A stretch of 64,000 nt of DNA from Anaeramoeba ignava BMAN. Taxonomy: Eukaryota; Protista; Anaeramoebae. Shown piece after piece: positions 60,570 to 64,000 of the stretch (positions are counted from its first letter, which is position 1; every line of letters starts with the position of its first letter). The stretch lies in the NCBI GenBank assembly GCA_028826165.1, contig JAPDFW010000057.1, positions 372,001 through 436,000 of the forward strand, given 5' to 3'. The notes below the pieces were generated by a model. It was given only the letters and a program-made list of their open reading frames with translations, ran no database searches and had not been told where the DNA came from. The position numbers were made by a program, and so were the translations under genes.

Positions 60570-63410
60570 TTAAAAAAGTTGAGATGAAATGAAATTCCCA
60601 ACAATTTGTTCTGCATTTTGGAGTTTTTGAAATAAATCACTATAATATCTTCTTTGTTTTGATATTTTTTCATCTTCAATCATTAAAATTCTTGAATCAA
60701 TTTTTGAAATATCAGAACTAAGAATACGAAACAATTCATCAGAAGTAAAATTCATGAAAAAATGAACAATAATTTTTGGAACAGAATCAGCAATTTTCAT
60801 TCTAACAATTTTAATGTAATCCTTTGAGAACTTTCTAAGTAATTCGCATTGATTTCTTTGATCTCGAGTTAATTTAATAATTTTTTGTGCTTGAATTAAT
60901 TGATTTTGATTTTTTTGATTTTTTTGATTTTTTTGATTTTTTTGATTTTGATTTTTTTGATTTTTTGGTCTTGTTAATTTGGGTTTTTTCTCTTTCTCTT
61001 TCTCTTTCTCTTTCTCTTTTTCTTCCTCTTTTTCTTTTGTTTCAAACCAAGATAGAGGATTGATCAAACTAAAAGAAGATTTTTTAAAAGGTTTCTTTGT
61101 TTCGTTTTCTTTATGTTCTGTTTTTGTTTCGTTTTCTTTGCTTTTTTCATTTCCTGTTGTTGTTTCGTCATGTCTTATTGTTGCTAAATGATGAAGAATT
61201 AAATCATGAAAATTCAAATTCTCATTTGAAACTTGCATCATTTTCAGTTGATTTAATAAATCTGCTGGATTAGTAAAATCAGGATGATTAGTATCGATGA
61301 AACAGCTTTCGCATTGCAACATTTTCTCAATAAGTTCTTTTGCTATTTCGAATTTTGAAGACAAAAAAAACTGAGTTCCTTGAATAATTTTCTCATTCAA
61401 TTTGGGGAATTTCTCAATAGCATGAAGTCCATGAGAAGAAACAAGATCAGAAAGTATTTGCGAAATATCATCAACAACTTTGAAACTTGGAAGATTGAAT
61501 TTGGAAATGCCTTCTTTTACTAAAGATTCAAAAGCTGCATCAGAAGTGAACCAACTACTTCTAAAACCGAGTGAATTTTTCATAAGAATCATGATATTTT
61601 CAGCAGGAATATCATCAAGAGGTTTGATTTCATTCATTTCTTTAAGATAACTAATAAATCTTTGTTTGATTTTTGCTCCTCCAGTTATTTTATCCGCTGA
61701 GACTTTGTCAGGAACACCGCGAATCATTGATATCAAATAACTCGTGAATTTTTGTATTAAAAGTGTGCACTGTTGCTCTGCTGATGTAAATGTAATGATT
61801 GAATCAAGTCCTCCATATTTGTCTAAATTTTCCTTACATGTTTTTTTTGTTCTTCTTATTTGCTCAATTACTGATGGAAGCACTTTTTTGATGTGCTTAA
61901 GTAATACTGATGAAAGTTTTTGTGTTAAATAAGTTGTTCCACATTGTTTTGATATATCTTCATAAATCTCTGATTCTTCAAAAAACTTCTTTTCTTTTTC
62001 TAATGCTTTTTCAATTGGTACTTTATCATCAATATCTTTTTGTGAGCGATTAATAACTGGAATATATCCTAATTTGAGCGGATAAACTTTCCCATTCAAA
62101 ATTTCAATAACATCAGTTCCTTTGTTCATTATATCTATTTTGGTTAATACTCCTATTGTTCTATCTCCTGCTTTATCTACTTTGGATGACATTTTGATTG
62201 CTTGATTTAGTGCAAAATCTTCGTTTGCTGGAATTACTGCTAAAATTATTGCATTTTCATTTGAAATATATTTTTTCACTAAATTTTCAATTTCTTCTAC
62301 TATTTCTTCTGGTTGTCCTTTGATTGGAACTTGTATTAATCCTGGGAGATCAACTAATGTAAGTTCTGGAACATTTGGTAAATAGAACTTTTTTTTAAAT
62401 TTTAATTTTAATTTTAATTTTAATTTTAATTTTAATTTTAATTTTAATTTTAATTTTAATTTTAATTTTGAATTTAAAAATGAATTTAATTTTGATTTTA
62501 TAAATGAATTTAATATTAATTTTATAAATGAATTTAATTTTAATTTTGATATTAATTTTAATATTTAATTTTAATATTTAATTTTATAAATGAATTTTAT
62601 AAATGAATTTTATTTTAATTTTGATTTTTAATTTTATAAATGAATTTAATTTTAATTTTATAAATGAATTTAATTTTAATTTTATAAATGAATTTAATAT
62701 TTAATTTTAATATTTAATTTTAATATTAATTTTATAAATGAATTTAATTTTATTTTTAATTTTAATTTTAATTTTATAAATGAATTTAATTTTATAAATG
62801 AATTTAATTTTAATTTTATAAATGAATTTAATATTAATTTTATAAATGAATTTAATTTTAATTTTAATTTTAATTTTAATTTTAATTTTATAAATGAATT
62901 TAATTTTAATTTTATAAATGAATTTAATTTTGATTTTAATTTTGATTTTAATTTTAATTTTAATTTTGATTTTATAAATGAATTTTATTTTGATTTGAAA
63001 AAAAGAAAACAAACTGTTAAATCAATTGGTTCAGATGAAACGTGAAAAGGTTGAGTAAGAATATTTGTAAATCTTTCAATTTCCTTTTTAACATCATTAA
63101 AATTAGTAAAAGTTTTATCTAAATGAGAAAAAACAGCCCATTCAGTAACATTTTCATTAGGAAATTCTGGATTAGGAATAGCAACTCTTTGAATATGAAG
63201 AATTAAAGGACATCTAGTTACCATATTAATTCCTCTTGGAAGAAAATCTTTTTCAACAATATGTTCAAGTACAGATGATTTTCCTGAACTTTGTCCTCCT
63301 ACTACTACTATTTGTGGTAAATCTAATAATGTTGGATCTATTCTTAAAAAATCAAATTGTATTTTCCTTATAACTGAAATTAGACTTGAAAAATTTTTAT
63401 TATGTTCCAT
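60570..63410 (-). CDS. Dynamin-related GTPase, paralog B
   Basis: Exons 63410-63015 and 62387-60570 (intron 63014-62388 at the same position as in paralog A); MEHNKNFSSL start and the same G1-G4 and GED motifs. Confidence 0.93.
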
Positions 63411-63559
63411 TTCAAAAAAAAAATGAAGAGAAAAAAATGAAAAAAAATTAAATTTAAAAAAGGAAAAAAGGAAAAAAGGAAAAAAATTTGAATTTTTTTT
63501 TCCCAAGTTTCTTTTAATTTTTTTTAATTGAAATGATCAAAAATTAAATCAAAATTAAA

Positions 63560-63820
63560 TCAAATAATATTTTTCAATTCAATTCAAATATTCTTTTTCT
63601 ATTTAATTTAAATATTCTTTTTCAATTTAATTTAAATATTCTTTTTCAATTTAATCTAAATAATATTTTTCAATTCAATTCAAATATTCTTTTTCAATTT
63701 AATTTAAATATTCTTTTTCAATTTAATTTAAATATTCTTTTTCAATTTAATTCAAATATTCTTTTTTAATTTAATTTAAATATTCTTTTTCAAATCAAAT
63801 ATTCTTTTTTAAATATTCTT
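63560..63820. repeat. ~24-bp tandem repeat (CAATTTAATTTAAATATTCTTTTT)n
   Basis: Visible tandem units in the intergenic spacer. Confidence 0.8.
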
Positions 63821-63833
63821 GTTAAATTTAAAT

Positions 63834-64000
63834 TCATTTCATATCTTTTTCTTCAACTAAATCATGGAATAAGAAATATCTTCTTTCATTTTTCTTTCTT
63901 CTAACAAAAATAATAACCAAAATAACAATCAAAATAACAACAACAGGAACAATAATTCCAACTGCAATTTTGATACTTTTTGAATTTTTGCTAGTTGAAC
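63834..64000 (-). CDS. 3' end of a type I single-pass membrane protein (partial)
   Basis: STSKNSKSIK-IAVGIIVPVVVILIVILVIIFV-RRKKNERRYFLFHDLVEEKDMK*: TM helix, basic stop-transfer signal, YxxF-like motif. Confidence 0.75.
   Translation of the reverse strand, partial: STSKNSKSIKIAVGIIVPVVVILIVILVIIFVRRKKNERRYFLFHDLVEEKDMK

Noticed and set aside
1-64000. Stop-codon reassignment, prompted by the disrupted eRF3 exon
   Set aside because: Long conserved ORFs are open under the standard code and end in TAA, TAG or TGA at the expected C-termini.

Overview
Extremely AT-rich, gene-dense eukaryotic (protist) genomic DNA with standard genetic code and GT-AG spliceosomal introns. The expanded RCC1-BTB, ankyrin-BTB and BTB-TLDc families, the N/Q/E-rich low-complexity tracts and the TCATTT initiator-like motifs suggest a metamonad such as Anaeramoeba; this is inference only. 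About 22 genes can be reconstructed by hand: two CAND2/PMTR1-like 7TM paralogs, a mitotic cyclin, ankyrin-BTB, NOP14, a kinesin, a tail-anchored coiled-coil protein, a small ankyrin protein, eRF3, an atypical Rac, three RCC1-BTB genes, two BTB-TLDc genes, an F-box/LRR protein, a TBC1D15/17-like RabGAP, an RPA70-like protein, a bZIP-like protein, a divergent copine, two tandem dynamin-related genes and the 3' end of a type I membrane protein. Most short KIKI/FNFN/ILIL ORFs in the track are intronic microsatellites. Highlights: (1) a 7-exon gene fusing a kinesin-12-like motor to a myosin-V-type Dilute (DIL) cargo domain; (2) two single-codon (3-nt) microexons that restore ankyrin consensus; (3) an RPA70 with a duplicated DBD-A/B module and a CDK-site array; (4) a modular cullin-adaptor repertoire with hypervariable RCC1 surfaces; (5) long introns built from nearly AG-free tandem repeats, with frequent AAG acceptors. 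Several isolated indels and one garbled eRF3 exon are probably assembly errors. All homology calls come from recalled family motifs, not database searches.
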